From Lama guanicoe (lineage: Eukaryota): 64,000 bases of DNA. Below the pieces are notes generated by a model, which saw only the letters and a program-made list of their open reading frames with translations, was not told where the DNA came from and made no database searches. Where the stretch lies: NCBI GenBank assembly GCA_013239625.1, contig MU055600.1, positions 20,969,520 through 21,033,519 on the forward strand, given 5' to 3'. How positions within the stretch are numbered: the stretch's first letter is position 1; the number at the start of each line of letters is the position of its first letter. A program made the position numbers and the translations under genes. Of the stretch, positions 21,336 through 34,095 are shown piece after piece.

Positions 21336-23957
21336 GGTCAAGGAGGGGACACCCCCCCCCCACTTGGCTCCTGTTGAGTTAGCGCGCTCAGACTAGCGCG
21401 GGAGAATTCAGTAAAACGGAGGATGTCCTTTGTGTGCGGAGCCTCCCAGCTGCCCTGGGAGAGGGTGAGAGTGGGGAGAAGAGGGGAAGGGGGCGGGGAC
21501 AGGCCAGCAGCACCCCCAGTCGCCTTCAGTGATGTGTTACGCACTTGCTGTGTGCCCGGCAGACTCTGTAGAACATGTGAGCCGCCCCAGAGAGCTTAAC
21601 AGAGCATCCTGTTCCCTTCGTATTAAGTGCGAGCTTCACGCAGCTCGCGGTGGGCTGCCCGCGTGTGAGACCTCGGATGTGCTGTCTGCACGGCTCGGCT
21701 CCGACTCGAGGTCGCGCAGCTCTCAAGGGGCTGAGTGCGGATGGGGAAGCCAGCCCGTGGGGGGGAAGCCAGGCTCACTTCGCACCCCCACCAGGGCACC
21801 CCGCCGCCCGTCACCGGGCGAAGGAGCCAGGGCCAGCTTTGTGACCTGGCGGGGGGCACAGCACGGTGCCCCCTGCCCCCAGCTGTGGTGCCTGTGTTTA
21901 CTGCAGGGACGGGGCTGCTTCCCTGGGTGGCCCACGCCAGGCTGTCCTCTCCCACACTCCCACGGTCATCAGCAGTCTGAGCGCTGGACACCACGTCTCT
22001 CATTCTCTCTCTCCCCTAAACTCCCGACAGGGTAATTATTTTGGAATCAGCACACTTACTTAAACCTTCACGTAGTGTAAGGCAGTATAAGACTGTGCCA
22101 AACCTACACTAAATACAGCACATAACATCTACAGCTAAAACTGAAATGTTTTTTCTGAAAAAAAGGTCTCTGTTTCCTCCTCTCCGTGTGACTGTGTGTG
22201 CACAGCAGTTGCTGTCTGAGGGAAGGCGTTTGGTGTCAGTTAGTTTCCCTCGAGTGATTTTTAAACCAAGAACACACACGAGGTTCTAACTCCCAAGGCC
22301 GTGGCCGGGCCTAGACGTAGGACCACGGGCTCAGATCTGGGGACGCGTGCTAGGGCAGAGGGCAGAGCAGGCCGTCTCCTCCCCACACCCGCGTGAACGG
22401 CCTCTGTCCCCGCTTCGTCCCCCGCTCCATCACTAGCACTCACAGGGAGGTGCCGGGGCTGGGGGTGTTCCCAGCTCATCTCGTCCAACCCACACTCAAC
22501 CCGGGGAAGCAGGCTCACCTAGAAACCCCACTTTTCCAGTTAGAGAAACTGAGACCGCCGACAGCATCTGCGTGGGATCACCCATCATTCTCCCCCCCTT
22601 GGCCCCCCGGTGACAATGGCTTCTGTGGGGCAGATGCCAGGACCCGGGGCAGCCAAGGACAGAGCGGAAATGATCCCGCGTCGCCACACAACTCAAGGTC
22701 TGTGTGTTTCCTCCATACAAACCTCTCTCCCCCGCCAAGTCCCTCTGCTGTGTCCCCCCTCCTGGCACCTCCTCAAAGAGAGGCGTGGGTGACGGAGGAG
22801 GGGCCTCCTGGGACCGCAGCCCCCAGGCCCTGCCCGTGTCACCAAGGGCCTCACTGGCTCCAAGCAGCCATGGCGACGGGAAAAGCCTGGACTCCAAGAC
22901 ATGAAGACAGAGAGCCCAGCGTTTCATTGGTGCCCTAGATGCTTCTTTCCCAAGTTAACAGCAATCACAAAGGGCCATGAGTTCCACTGCTTCCCCCGGT
23001 GGGGCTCCCACCTGCTGCCTGGATTCGGATCCCGTGCGGCTCCAGAGGCTGGCCTGGCGGCTGGCGCGGGCGGGCAGCTGGGAGGGACTGGGCGAGGGGT
23101 CCCCGGGGGGCTGCCCCATCTGCAGGCTCCCCGCCTCGGCGCGGGAGCCGGGCGCACTCCGCACGCAGGGCCAACACCAGCGGCTGTCGGCGGAGGTTTC
23201 CGGGCCCTCGCCTGTCTGCTGTGCAGGTGGCTCTTTCCACTCAGAGAATGAAACGAGGGTCCTGACTCAGGTGACTTTCTAGGCGAAACTCAAGTCTTAA
23301 TGTCAAGGGATAGATTCACCTTCCCGCAGGGCGGGACCGGGGTGAGAAGAGTGAGGAACCACGAGTGCAAACTTCCAGGAGCTGCTTAACTCTCCAGGCC
23401 GGGCAAGTGTCTCCTTAAATCTGGGGTCCTAGCCCCCAGTCCGCCCCACCCCGACCCTGACCATTGATAAGCACGTGGGGCCTCATGGGCTTTCTCTCCC
23501 AGTCTCGTGGGAGAGGGGCCAGCATTTCTTCTTCCTTTTCCAGATCTCACGGTGGCTCCCCTTGGCAAGAGGCCAGGTTGCACGGGCAGAGAAACGCAGT
23601 AGGTGATGCTCATAGACTTTGCCCATCCCTGTGGCCCTTCTTAGGACCGAAGCTGAGAGGGCGCACAGAGAAAGGAGGTGTGGAGGGGGGCAGGGGTTTT
23701 ATGAGTTTATGGAGCTGTGACTCACCTTCTGTTGTTGTTGTTAAAATTTCATTCAAAATAACTAATCTCCCGTCGGTGCTAACTTCCTCCCTGGCTCTAA
23801 CTGTTCCTTTGCATCCCATCCTCTCGGCTCACATAGCTTTGCTTTGCCTGATTCTTCTCTGCACGGAGCTTTGCAAAGTTCTGAAGTTTCATCCAAGTGA
23901 CAGGTGGGCAGGGGCGGCAGGGCAGTGGAGGGAGCGTCCCGCTGTGGTTCCCCGCAC

Positions 23958-24115
23958 CAAGGGGTCTCAAACTTGAGCACGGGTCAGGCTCCCCTGAAGG
24001 GCAGGCGGATTGCTGGGCCTGCCCCCGGGCTCCTGGCTCCGTAGGTATGGGGTGGGGGGTGCGGGTCGAGGTTAGCATTTCCAGTGACGCTGGTCTGGGA
24101 CTGCCTCTTAGCCCC
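23958..24115. mobile_element. MER5A (hAT-Charlie) relic
   Basis: tctcaaacttgagc...gattgctgggcc...gtaggtatggggtgggg...gcatttc...gctggtctggga. Confidence 0.75.
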
Positions 24116-24139
24116 ACAGCCCTGAGACGTTCTGCTAGA

Positions 24140-24437
24140 AGAGCCCTGGAAGTTAATGAGAACTGAGTTCAAACCCAGCTCTGCTGTTTATCAGCCGTGT
24201 GGCCTTGGTAATAACTCACATAACAGCCGCGTGCGGGTGCGCTGATCTTGCGGCAGCAACGGGGCCGCGTTCTTTATTTGGCGTCACCTCTTTTAATCCT
24301 CGTGGGAACGTAAAAGGAGCTTGGTGTTTTTAAGAACTCTGTCTGATGGACGCAGAGATGGGGGCTGAGGAGAGGAAACTTCTCCGGGTTCACACCACTC
24401 AAAAGTGATAGAGGCGAGAATTTAAACGAAGTCTGAC
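24140..24437. mobile_element. Two abutting MIR fragments (plus 24140-24210, minus 24211-24437)
   Basis: ctgagttcaaacccagctctgct...gtgtggccttgg, then tttaatcctc...ggttcacacc...aagtgatagaggcgagaatttaaac...gtctgac. Confidence 0.6.
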
Positions 24438-25724
24438 GGCCGAGGCGACAGAGATGGGGCAGGGGACTAACGGCCCTCTTGCAGCCCACGGTCTACTAAT
24501 GAGCAGGCAGGCGAAGCACCCAGCGTGAGGCCTGGCGCAGCGTCTCTGCTCACAGAGGGGGGCCCGGCTCCCTGAGAGAAGACCCCTGATGAAGGTGGAA
24601 GAGGCAGGAGCTCCCTGATGGCTCAGCGTCCCCGTGAGCCGAGCCCAGCCCAGGGGTGGGGAGAAAGCAGGAAACGGTGGACTGAGTGTCTCGGGGCCAA
24701 GCTCTATTAGCCCCCCAGGGCCGGGTGGGTGGATCGGGGTCTGTTTCTGTGCCTGGAGAAGAGGACAGCCCACCGTCCCCGCGGGGATGCCCTCGACGAG
24801 GCGAGTGTTCGGGTCGGAGGCCTCACTGCGGCATCTCGGAGGCCTTGACAACTCCCATGGGAGACACGTGGCCTTTGGAGACCCGTATCAAGCCCTCCCC
24901 CGTCCTGTGTCCAGGCAGCTGCCGGCCCGGCAGAACCCGCCCAGACGCGGAGACAGAGCCTCAGTGTGCTCGCGTCCTGTTTTCTCCTCCCACTTTGCAC
25001 ACGCTGATCGTCTTGCTTCCCCACCACCTTTATTATACTCATTGTCCTGCAGAGTAAGCACCCCACGTATACACGTTTGGCACCAGGCAGGCTACAGTAA
25101 AACGGGGCGCCCTGGGGTGCAGCCTCCAAGCAGAGAGAGTACAGGGCATGCCCACCCTGGAGCCCAGAGCACCCCTCACAGGGCACGTCCAGGCCAGGCT
25201 CGCGGGACTGGGTGGCGGGGAGAGGCTCCTGGCTCCGTGAGGCTGCGCCTCGCTACGGGGAAGGGGTTCAGAGAGCAGCTCGTCCACCGGTTGAAGAAGA
25301 GCCCTGCCCCTCCAGGAGCTGAGTCCACCTGCCGGCCCGCCACCTGGGAATGAGCGTCAGGGCCAGCCGGATGTGCTCCCCTAAGCCGTCTTCGTCGTCA
25401 TGAAGAGGCCCTTCCCAGTGACCCGTCCCTTTAAACCCACGAAGCCTCCTCCACTCACCTCCTCGCGAGGGAGGGCTCGCCCGACCCTGAGCCTGCTGCT
25501 CTCAGCCCGCTGCCTTCCTCCTCCCGACAGTCTCCAGAGCGCACAGACCAGTGGGCGCTTTTAATCAGAAGCAGGTAAAGTGAGTTTTTTAAAGTGTCAC
25601 TGCCCCTTTGGAGGGTCAGGCACGATGTCATCGTCAGGACAGAGAATCCTGGGAGGACAGAGTGTGGGGCGGATGAAGAGAGGTGGAAAGGGGACTCCCC
25701 TCAGAAGCACAGGGAGCCCTGTCT

Positions 25725-25800
25725 CTCGCTGACGGTGTGACCCTGGGCAGGCCACTTGCGTTTGTCTCCTTCGCCTGTGAAGTGGCGGCGAGCATCTGGA
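25725..25800 (+). mobile_element. MIR core fragment
   Basis: tgtgaccctgggcaggccactt...cctgtgaagtgg. Confidence 0.55.
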
Positions 25801-26293
25801 ATCCGCCCTGCTAGGTGATGCGGGGCGGAGCTGCCGGCTTGGGGCAGAAGCTGGAGCAGTGCTGGGGGGCGCAAGTCCCTGTAGTGGCCCGTATCTGAGC
25901 AGAGCTTTGCAGTTTTCAAAGCAGTTTGTCATAGTTACCAGGCTGAGTGTCAACGGTCACCAGCAACATAAGCAGAGAGGGAGCCCCTGGCCCCCGACCG
26001 TGCAGAGCAGGGTCTGGGTCTCCAGGGAACAGCCGGGCGGTGCGGCGTGCCCCCGGCTCGGGGTGGCTCTGACCGCTGCCGGCCCTCCAGCTCTTCCGCG
26101 CTGTCAGGAATGGAGGCCTAATTCAACGCCGGCTTGTCTTCAACAGCTTTGAGACGCCCTTTTCACCACGAGCGCCCAAAACAGCTTGCCAGGAAACAGC
26201 AAGTTGCTTATCGGGGCGCAGGGGAAATGTTCCCGAGCACAGCCCTGGCTTTCTGTGGAATTTATCCCCGCGTCTCCTCCTCTCCAGCTCTGC

Positions 26294-26317
26294 CACACAC
26301 ACACACACACACACACA
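26294..26317. repeat. (CA)12 microsatellite
   Basis: Read directly. Confidence 0.95.
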
Positions 26318-27549
26318 CCCCCATCACTACAAATACCACATGATGAAGACATAACCATTAGAAATACCCTGACATGGGCAAGTTCGAGGAAATGCTACCC
26401 TCCTCCGGGACCACATTCTGCGCACCTGCAAAGCTGGAGACGGTTTTTTCTGACCTCCAGACACCACTCCCACCGTGAGTGTCGCAGCGCCATAAGCAGT
26501 TCGCAGACCCCCCTCAGGGGTGCTGACCCGGGAAGTCGGAGGGGGGCCTCTAGGGACGCTAGCGCTGGAGGGGGAGGACCACGGCCTTCATCCAGCCTTC
26601 ACCACCCAGGTACTGACAAACGCATGCGCCAAGCCTGCCCCGTAAATCACTCCTCCATCCCCCACAATTGAATCCCTCAGGGTTCACACCTTGGAGAAAG
26701 CGGAGCGTTTCCTTGACAACAGATGACTAACTTAGACGTCCCTGTGAACAGGTGGGAGACAGGAAGGGGCAAGAGACGAGACATGGGCAGGTGCCAGGTT
26801 GAAACCACAAGCTCTCGGCAGCCAGTCACAGGGGCGCACACTGGAGGGGAGGCTCCTGGGGCTCAGGCAGAGAAACGCCGGCCGTGGAAGCCCAGGTGGA
26901 AGCAGGGAGCCCTAAGGAACTCACGGGCAAGTCATTGCAAGTCTGTCCTGATGCTAATTTTTGGAATTCAACTATTGAAAGAAGTTGTGGTCAGAAGGAA
27001 AATTTGGTTTTGAATAACTCTCCTGAATAGGAAACAAACGGAGAAGGCAGCACTGGAGGCCAGCAGCTGGTTAGACGTGGGGCTCCAGAAGGAGGGCTTG
27101 GCCGGCCGATGGGTCTGGGGAGAGCGCACAGCGGGCAGGACCTGGCCCCAGGTTCACGACCCCAGTTCTTAGCAAGTTCATTTCAGGCCACCTGGGCTTG
27201 GCCCCAGGCCCTCTGTCTTTCCCCTCACATTCCCCTCTGGGGCCTCTGCTCCAACCAGCCTCCAGCCACGGAACCACGTCTTGTGACACCTCACCTTGTC
27301 TAACACAAGTCCATCTCCAAATTCAGCTTTTGACCCTAAATCCAGCTCAGATCGCGTCTCTGTGGGCTCTGACAACACCAGCAGAAGGCGCTCTCCCTCC
27401 CACAGGTCTCACGTCCTTGTACCCAGCTGTGCCTCCCGCACGTCCCGGGCAAGGGTGAGAGCCTTCAGACGGCCTTCGAGGAACGGGAGCTTCATGGTGG
27501 AGCCTAAACCATGGGTTCCAGGTGCTTCCTCAGTTGGACTTACCGTCGG

Positions 27550-27703
27550 CACCGAGGTGCACACCTTGGCTGCACCATCAGAGCCACCTGGGGAGCCTTA
27601 AACAACTCTGACACCTGCCCCTGCCCTGGATCAACTAAAACCAAGTCTCCGCAGGGCAACCACGTCCCTTCAAGAGCCCCGAGGGCTGAGAACCACTGGG
27701 ATA
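27550..27703. mobile_element. MER5-family (hAT-Charlie) relic
   Basis: ccttggctgcaccatcagagccacctggggagccttaaa...gggctgagaaccactg. Confidence 0.75.
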
Positions 27704-28549
27704 GGCCGCTCCTCCCCCTCTGCCATGGAAGGGCGGTCAGAGAGTGACACTGCTCCCCCGCGCCCTGACGCTGTAGCACTCAGCGCATGGCGGCTATGCC
27801 TGCTCTTTTCTGTTCCTTACTCCTTCAGGAGTGGAGAAAAATGCTCCAAGACTCTGTGAAACCTGCAACTAGCCACAGACCCAGGGACAGCTGCCAAGGA
27901 TGGCGAGCACCACTGTGCCCACCCCTCCATACCGTGTCCTTGCAGACGTTGCTGGTCAATCGTGGCACACCTGCCCTCTGAACCAGAAGTGTCCACGCAG
28001 GGCTTCGCACCCCCTGGGCTCCGGGCAGCTGGGATCCACTGAATTGGAGCTGGCGTCCTGGTTGGAGCCTCTTTGTTATCCTTGGTGCAGAGAGGCAACA
28101 TCATAGGGTTAAGGAGAAGCAGGGTTAGCAGGCGTTGTGCCCTGAGTTTTTAAGGTCACGTCAAGAAGGCCAACCACAGGCTTCCCCTAAATGTCCCTTG
28201 AGGTTCTCAGGGCCTAACCTAAAATGAGAAAGGCAATTCAGAGCTTCTTTGCAGTGAGTTAATTCATTCATCTTTCTTATAAACTAGGTGTGGTCTCTCC
28301 TGGGCTCCCCTGGCTGGCCTTGGGCAAGGAGGGCTGAGTGGAGACGGCAGGCTGTCAGATAAGGATGACCCACGTGTGCTTTTAAACAAAGCTGGCAGCA
28401 TCGCCAACCTCCCTACCACCTGTGCACCTTCTGGAAACACCCTCCTTCTACTGGTGAGGTGGGCTCCTTCCCATCCCTCTTCCAAGAGGTCCTGGCTGCC
28501 GACTCGCTAACCTTAGCTCCACTTCTCAAACTGTGTTCCAAATGCCCTT

Positions 28550-28790
28550 CCGAATACCTCTCACCCTGGCATTCAAGACCCCAGAGCACCCGGCCCCAGC
28601 CTAACCCTCCAGCCCGATCCCCCTCTTCACTCTACCCCAGGTTCCGACTCTTTCCTGAATGGGTCTGGTCCTTCACGCATTTATCTGCACCTGAAATGTC
28701 CTTGCTTCCATGTCTATCTGCTAAGATCTTACTGCACATTGAGACGCCCTCACCTCACGCCTCCTGCACGAGGCTCCCACCTCACTGTTT
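28550..28790 (+). mobile_element. L2 LINE fragment
   Basis: ctcaccctggcattcaagacc...ggccccagcctaaccctccagcc...tctgcacctgaaatgtcct. Confidence 0.65.
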
Positions 28791-29589
28791 CTCCTTGTCT
28801 TGTCCCCCCCTTGCTCCTCTGTCCTTCCACTTCAGCGAAGCGGGCGGTGTGACTGCTCCTCATGCGCCCACAGAGCACAAGGCATCATCCCCGCCAGCGG
28901 CGCTAGGGCGCCGGTGTGACTTCACCTCGAGGCACTCCTGCTGTGTGGACAGCGCTGCCTACATCCTGCTCACGAGGAGGCCGCCCACCGTTGCAGCGCG
29001 TGGTGTGGCTGAGCCCGTCAGCAGCAGCGCGGGGCGCAGACGCCACGTCTCCCGGGCCTTCCCCGGTGCTGACTTTTATTCTGTCCTCCCTCGTCTCCAC
29101 GGCAGAATTTCCCCTTGTCTGCCTTGTACCTAGGGTTTGCAGTCAGACAATACAAGCCCCCCAACCTGTTCCATCACTGTGCCGCTCTGGCAGTTGCTGT
29201 GACCTCCCTGGCGCCATGTTCTCGGCTCTCGGGGAGGGTTAAAGTGGTGCCCGCCCCGCGCAGCCCACAGAGGAGCGCTCCCCTCCCCGCGGCTGTCAGC
29301 CTCGTCTTTGTGCCTCTGCAGCACCTGGTTGGCACTGGGCCTAACATACTAACATTCAGTAAGTCCTTATAATTCAATTACATGACATTAAATTAAATGA
29401 GTCAATAGAGTTGGAAAAAGCCCAACACCTCACTTTGGGGCCCAGAATTGACTGCTCCCAACAGCATCGCTGGTAGCTTGTTCGCCGTTCGCTTTGTTAA
29501 GCACATTCCTTCACAGAGAGACAGCGAAGGCGCCTGGGAAGGCGGGGGAAGGGTGTGGGAAGATGCTGGAATCCGAGAAGGAGCTCAGA

Positions 29590-29885
29590 TTGTTGGTCGA
29601 ACATACTGCTGTCTGTGTGGAAAATGTTCACAGCAGTTACAGCTTTGGATGAATATGCACTAGCGGCAGGGCTGCGGCTCGCCGGCGCGCGGCGCCCGGA
29701 GACTTGGCAGGGTGGGTAATTATCTCCACATCCTGCGCCTTGTCTCTTTCTCTTCTTAATTAAGTAACTGATCTGGTGGAGGAGAGCTCTGTGTTTGTTT
29801 GCCAGGTGCAGCCTTGTGACAGTTGTCTGGAGAAGTTTCCTGGAAATCCATGAGCCTTTTCAAAAACAAACTGCTCGGAGCGGAG
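29590..29885. promoter_or_regulatory. Putative enhancer with central CpG patch
   Basis: GAATATGCA, TAATTA, TTAATTAA (29756-29763), TGTTTGTTTG, TGACAG (29817-29822) and TTCCTGGAA (29837-29845) around gctcgccggcgcgcggcgcccgg. Confidence 0.55.
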
Positions 29886-30743
29886 CCGACCTGCTGGAGC
29901 ACAAGGCCCCGCGGCAGTTGCCGCATCTCTCAGACGGTGGGGGTCCTGCTGCGGGTCCCATCGGGGCTCTCGGCTTCGGGGCGGCGGGGGCGGGGGCTGC
30001 AAAGGGCGCCTTCCCTGTGGAAAAGAGGGGGGTCAGAGGTCAGAACCGGAGCAGCAATGCGCTCTCCTTCTAGCTTGCTTCCTTCCGGACTTCCCTACCT
30101 GAGCGGACCTTCCCTCTCGGCTCTTCCAAGCTCTCTGAGAAGGAATTGATTAAACAAGCTAAGTGCCCTTCACTCACTGGAGGCTGACCACGTGGCTCGT
30201 GGGCAGACCTGCTGACGCAGAGGCGCCTGGCTGGGCTGGCTGGCACCCAGGGTGAAACTCCCAGGGCCCTGACCGATGACCCAGGTCAGTGACCCGGGCA
30301 GTGCTGGGTCCGCAGTGCTGCAGCGTGGCCCCGGCCAAGCGCACAGACCACCATTGTGATGTCTCCTCCAGGCTGTCCAAAGGCCAAGTGGCTGGCCTGG
30401 GGGGCGAGGGGTGGCGCAGCTTCTTTTGGGGTCCATGGGTTAATGCGAGAGAGGGGCAGAAAGGGCCAGGCCAGAGATGGGAGGACACTGTGGATCTAGG
30501 AACAGCAAGCGAGGGAGCTCCCAAGGAAGTGCTGGTGGCCACACTGAGTTTGTCAGGCACACCTGAGTGGGTCCCGGTGCTGTCAGTTGTGAGGCGAGTC
30601 CACCTCACAGGTGCGCAGTGAGGCGCAGGCTGCACGGCTCTGCTTAGGTGGCTCTGCTGCCTCTCGGGGCTCTTGCTTTGACCCTTAGGGTCAGTTTTTT
30701 TACTTGAGGTGATGGGCTTGCCCTCTGCATATTTGTGTACCCT

Positions 30744-30821
30744 ACACACACACACACACACACACACACAAAGACACATACACACACAGACACACACAAA
30801 GACACACACACAGACACACAC
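30744..30821. repeat. Compound (CA)n microsatellite
   Basis: (ac)n interrupted by aaag, at and ag units. Confidence 0.95.
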
Positions 30822-30889
30822 CCCAATTCGGTAAACTAAGCTGTCAGAGTCCCCGCGTGAGTGGCCCTCCCCAGGGGTGCTGGGGTGCT

Positions 30890-31498
30890 AGGGGAGGTAG
30901 AAGCCTGATGACCCCCTAGACGCCTGGGCCCTGGCGCATGCATAACTGCTCTCCGTCACCTCTGATCTTAGTACTGCCAGGAAGGGGTTTTGCAGGTGTA
31001 ATTACGATCCCTAATCAGTTGACTTTAAAACAGCATTTATTGGGTGGGGCTGACCTAATCCCACGGGCCTTTTAGAAGCAGAGAGAGACTCTTCTCCAGC
31101 TGGTTGCAGAACAGAACATTAGAAATCTGCAGTGTGGGAAGGACTCAACACAGTGTCTCCAGCTTGAAGATGGAGGGGACACACAGCAAGAAATTGGGGT
31201 GGCCTTTAGAAGCTGAGAGCAGCCCCCCAGTGACAGCCAGCCAGAAAGCAGGGTCCTCGGTCCCACAACCACAAGGAACTGAACTCTGTCAACCACAAGA
31301 GCGAGCTTGAAAGAGGGCTTTTCCTCAGTGCCCCCTGATGAGAGCTCAGCCTGGCCAACACCTGATTCCGGTGGTGTCACACCTGGAGCAGAGAACCTGG
31401 CCACGCTTCCGGCCCACAGGACCCTGAGCTACAGGGGGCGCCCTTGGAAGACACTGTGCTTGTGCTGATTTGTTATGCAGCGGTGGAAAACCGCTACA
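30890..31498 (+). mobile_element. MLT1E-like solo LTR
   Basis: ttttgcaggtgtaatta...cctaatcagttgacttt...gggtggggctgacctaatc...agaagctgagagc...ccacaaggaactgaactctg...tttgttatgcagc...gaaaaccgctaca. Confidence 0.9.
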
Positions 31499-31574
31499 GG
31501 TGTGAAGCCTCCCACCTGGCCTATGAGAAAAAGTGCATTAAAAAGCTCTGCTCTTACTTTTAAACCTGGGCGTA

Positions 31575-31722
31575 TGGCGCTCAGACTCCAGGCCAGGTTG
31601 TACCACCGGCTTGCTTAGTGATGATCTCAAGAAAATCATGTCCACTCTCTGGGCCTTAATCTCCTCTTCTGCAAGAGTTGGAGTGGGACTCCATGTTCCT
31701 GAAGGTCCTTTGTGGCTACAGA
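31575..31722 (+). mobile_element. MIR (MIR3/MIRc-like) fragment
   Basis: ctctctgggccttaatctcctcttctgcaaga...tgaaggtccttt. Confidence 0.55.
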
Positions 31723-32154
31723 CGCTGACGTAAAGAAATGCATGGAGATGACCACCTGGATGCTACAGCTTCCTCTGCATGAGATCTCTGGCTTCAAGGT
31801 CAGAGCAATCATCTCGTGAGACTGTTCCTGCATTGCCCTAATCTGCTCAGACACCACTCATGATCTCCACTGCCCACAGGAAAAAGGAGGACCCTCCTCT
31901 TTTTGCTGTTCAGGGTCTAGATAATTTGGGCCCGACCTCTGACCCGAGGTCCCCCTGCTCCCCTCCGCACTCCTGTGCTTCCCATGGACTGCGTACCACC
32001 ACTGGTCCCTGCGTTCACTTTTCTCTCCTCCAATTTCTATGTTCTCCATCTCTGTTAACCAAAAAATCAGGCAAGTAAGCTTCCCATTTTCCAAGGTTTA
32101 GCTCGGGACCTATCTGCTCCAGGCAACCTTCCTGGCATTTCTACACGAGTAAGT

Positions 32155-32560
32155 CTCTCGATAGCAATGATAAGAAACTCAACTCAAACTAGCCTGAGAA
32201 GAAAAAAACGGAGACTAGTGGTTCATCTCATGACGAAGTCTAAGGTCACCTTTAGCCCTGGATAGACCCAGGGGGACAAATGGTGTGTTTGGAACTTTGC
32301 GGCTCCCCATCTACCTTTTTCCTTTGTTTTCCTCTGTAAGTCAGGGTCCTTCCTCACATAAGGTGAAAGAAAGTATGGCCCCCAGCAGCCCCATGCCTGG
32401 TTCTTTGAAATTTAAAAGCAAGATGTGTCCCTTCTCCTCCCAGCATCTTTGGATTAAAGATCAGAGGAGACTGGTCCCCCATGGTCAGGATCCATCCCAG
32501 ACCAGCCACTGAGCTCGTGCTGGAAGACCCTTCTCTGACTGGTCGGAGGGCGTCTGCCTC
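32155..32560 (-). mobile_element. MLT1 (K/L-like) LTR
   Basis: gcaatgataagaaactcaactcaaactagcctgag...ggatagacccaggg...atggcccccagcagc. Confidence 0.7.
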
Positions 32561-32759
32561 AGCCTTGGTTGGAGAAGGGGCGCTGTGAACCTCACCCTGA
32601 CCACGTGGGCCGGAGGAGGAGGAGCCCTCCCAGGAAAGGCAGGACGGCCAGCAGACGCCAGAGAGAAACAGGAAATGCCCGTGCTGCCCTCACCTTGCTC
32701 TGCTCTGGCCTCCCACTAGCTTCCCATCTTTCCGTTCGTTTGTCACAACCACACGCTGC

Positions 32760-33000
32760 CCTGCACAGAGACGTGTGTGCAGCCGATCTGATCACACAGC
32801 AATTTACAGATGCAGAGAAGGTGCAACTAGTTGTTTCCTTCCATACAGAACCCGATTTTCCTCCCGACCTTAATAAGCAGGGGAAAAGATGAATTGTTTA
32901 ATATGATTGAATATAGTTGGCTCTGATCAATTTAAACAGTCCCATTAGGAAAATTTTTATTCATTTGTGTAAAAATACTCAGCTGTTGCACTTGCTAAGA
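32760..33000. promoter_or_regulatory. Putative conserved non-coding element
   Basis: Unique AT-rich island containing attgtttaatatgattgaa, tgatcaatttaaaca, cattag and ttttattca. Confidence 0.45.
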
Positions 33001-33337
33001 TAGAGTCCAGGTGTATGTGGGGGGGGGGCTTACAAAATCTTTATAAGTCTGTGTGAGAGTTGGGGATGAGTCTGGTCCCCGGGCAGAACTCCCTCTGCAC
33101 CCCCTGCCTTGTCTGCCTGGTCGGGGCTCACTGCCCGAGCCTGTGGCCACGAAGGACCTTGGCTTGGCCAGGGCCCACGGACACCCTTGGCTCACTCAGC
33201 CTCTCTAGCTCCCACAGGATGCAGTCCTGTTGGGGAGGGGGGAGGGACAGCCAGATCTGTGTCCAGCCCACTGGCCCTGCAGTCCACTCCTTGCCTCGCT
33301 GAGGGGCTCACCTCTCGCTGCTGCAGTGGACTATATA

Positions 33338-33386
33338 ATGTGTGTGCGTGTGCGTGCGTGTACGTGTGTGTGTGTGTGTGTGTGTG
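33338..33386. repeat. (TG/CG)n alternating purine-pyrimidine tract
   Basis: atgtgtgtgcgtgtgcgtgcgtgtacgtgtgtg... Confidence 0.95.
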
Positions 33387-33504
33387 GCGGGGTGGGGGTG
33401 GGGGTCAGCGGAGTCCTCCACTCATATCACCCCCTTTCTGTCTCCAAATCTCTGCTGAGCCTTAATGGCCAGCAGGGCACATGGTCTGTCCGCTCACTAG
33501 GAGG

Positions 33505-33685
33505 ACTCTGTGAACCAAGGCAGCTGCTATGCAAATGGCAGAGATAAAGGAGTTTAGAAATCCTCTTTGAGACAATAGCTCGGCTTACAAAACTATTGCC
33601 CCAACGCGTAATCCTATTTTGTGTGTCAATAACTGAATATTGCCTCAGTCTCTCTTTCCACATCCCTTTTGAAACAGACTAATCC
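33505..33685. promoter_or_regulatory. Putative enhancer (E-box, octamer, GATA, SOX)
   Basis: CAGCTG 33521-33526, ATGCAAAT 33529-33536, AGATAA 33542-33547, ACAATAG 33572-33578, TAATCC and TGTCA. Confidence 0.5.
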
Positions 33686-33974
33686 CCGTCCAGGCAGACA
33701 GCTCCCCGGGATGGACAAGGATGGTCGGTCACCCGCCATGCCGGAGAAAGGGGAAGAACATTAAAAATGAAAACCATCAGCCGCACCACGCGTGCACCGC
33801 TCGTTTCCTCTGCCAAACTGCCTGCTCTGGGAGGCGGAAGCCTGGGGGCACCCCTCAGCACCCCGTGCAGTGCCCCTTGCCGGGCTGCCACGCAGTAAGT
33901 GTTCCCTGGCTGGGCAGAGCTTTGCTCTGCGAGCAAGATTTAGATCACTTCATTTTGCGAAATGCCGTATGCCA

Positions 33975-34095
33975 TTAACCCCATTAGTTAATTCCTGCGG
34001 CAGGCGGTTCCTGGGCCCCTGCTGGGAGCCTGGCGCTGTACTGGGTGCTGTAGGGACCCAAAGATGGACTGGAACTGGTAGGCGTGCTGCTTGCA
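33975..34095 (-). mobile_element. L2 3' end fragment
   Basis: ctgggcccctgctgggagcctggcgctgtactgggtgctgtagggacccaaagatg. Confidence 0.6.
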
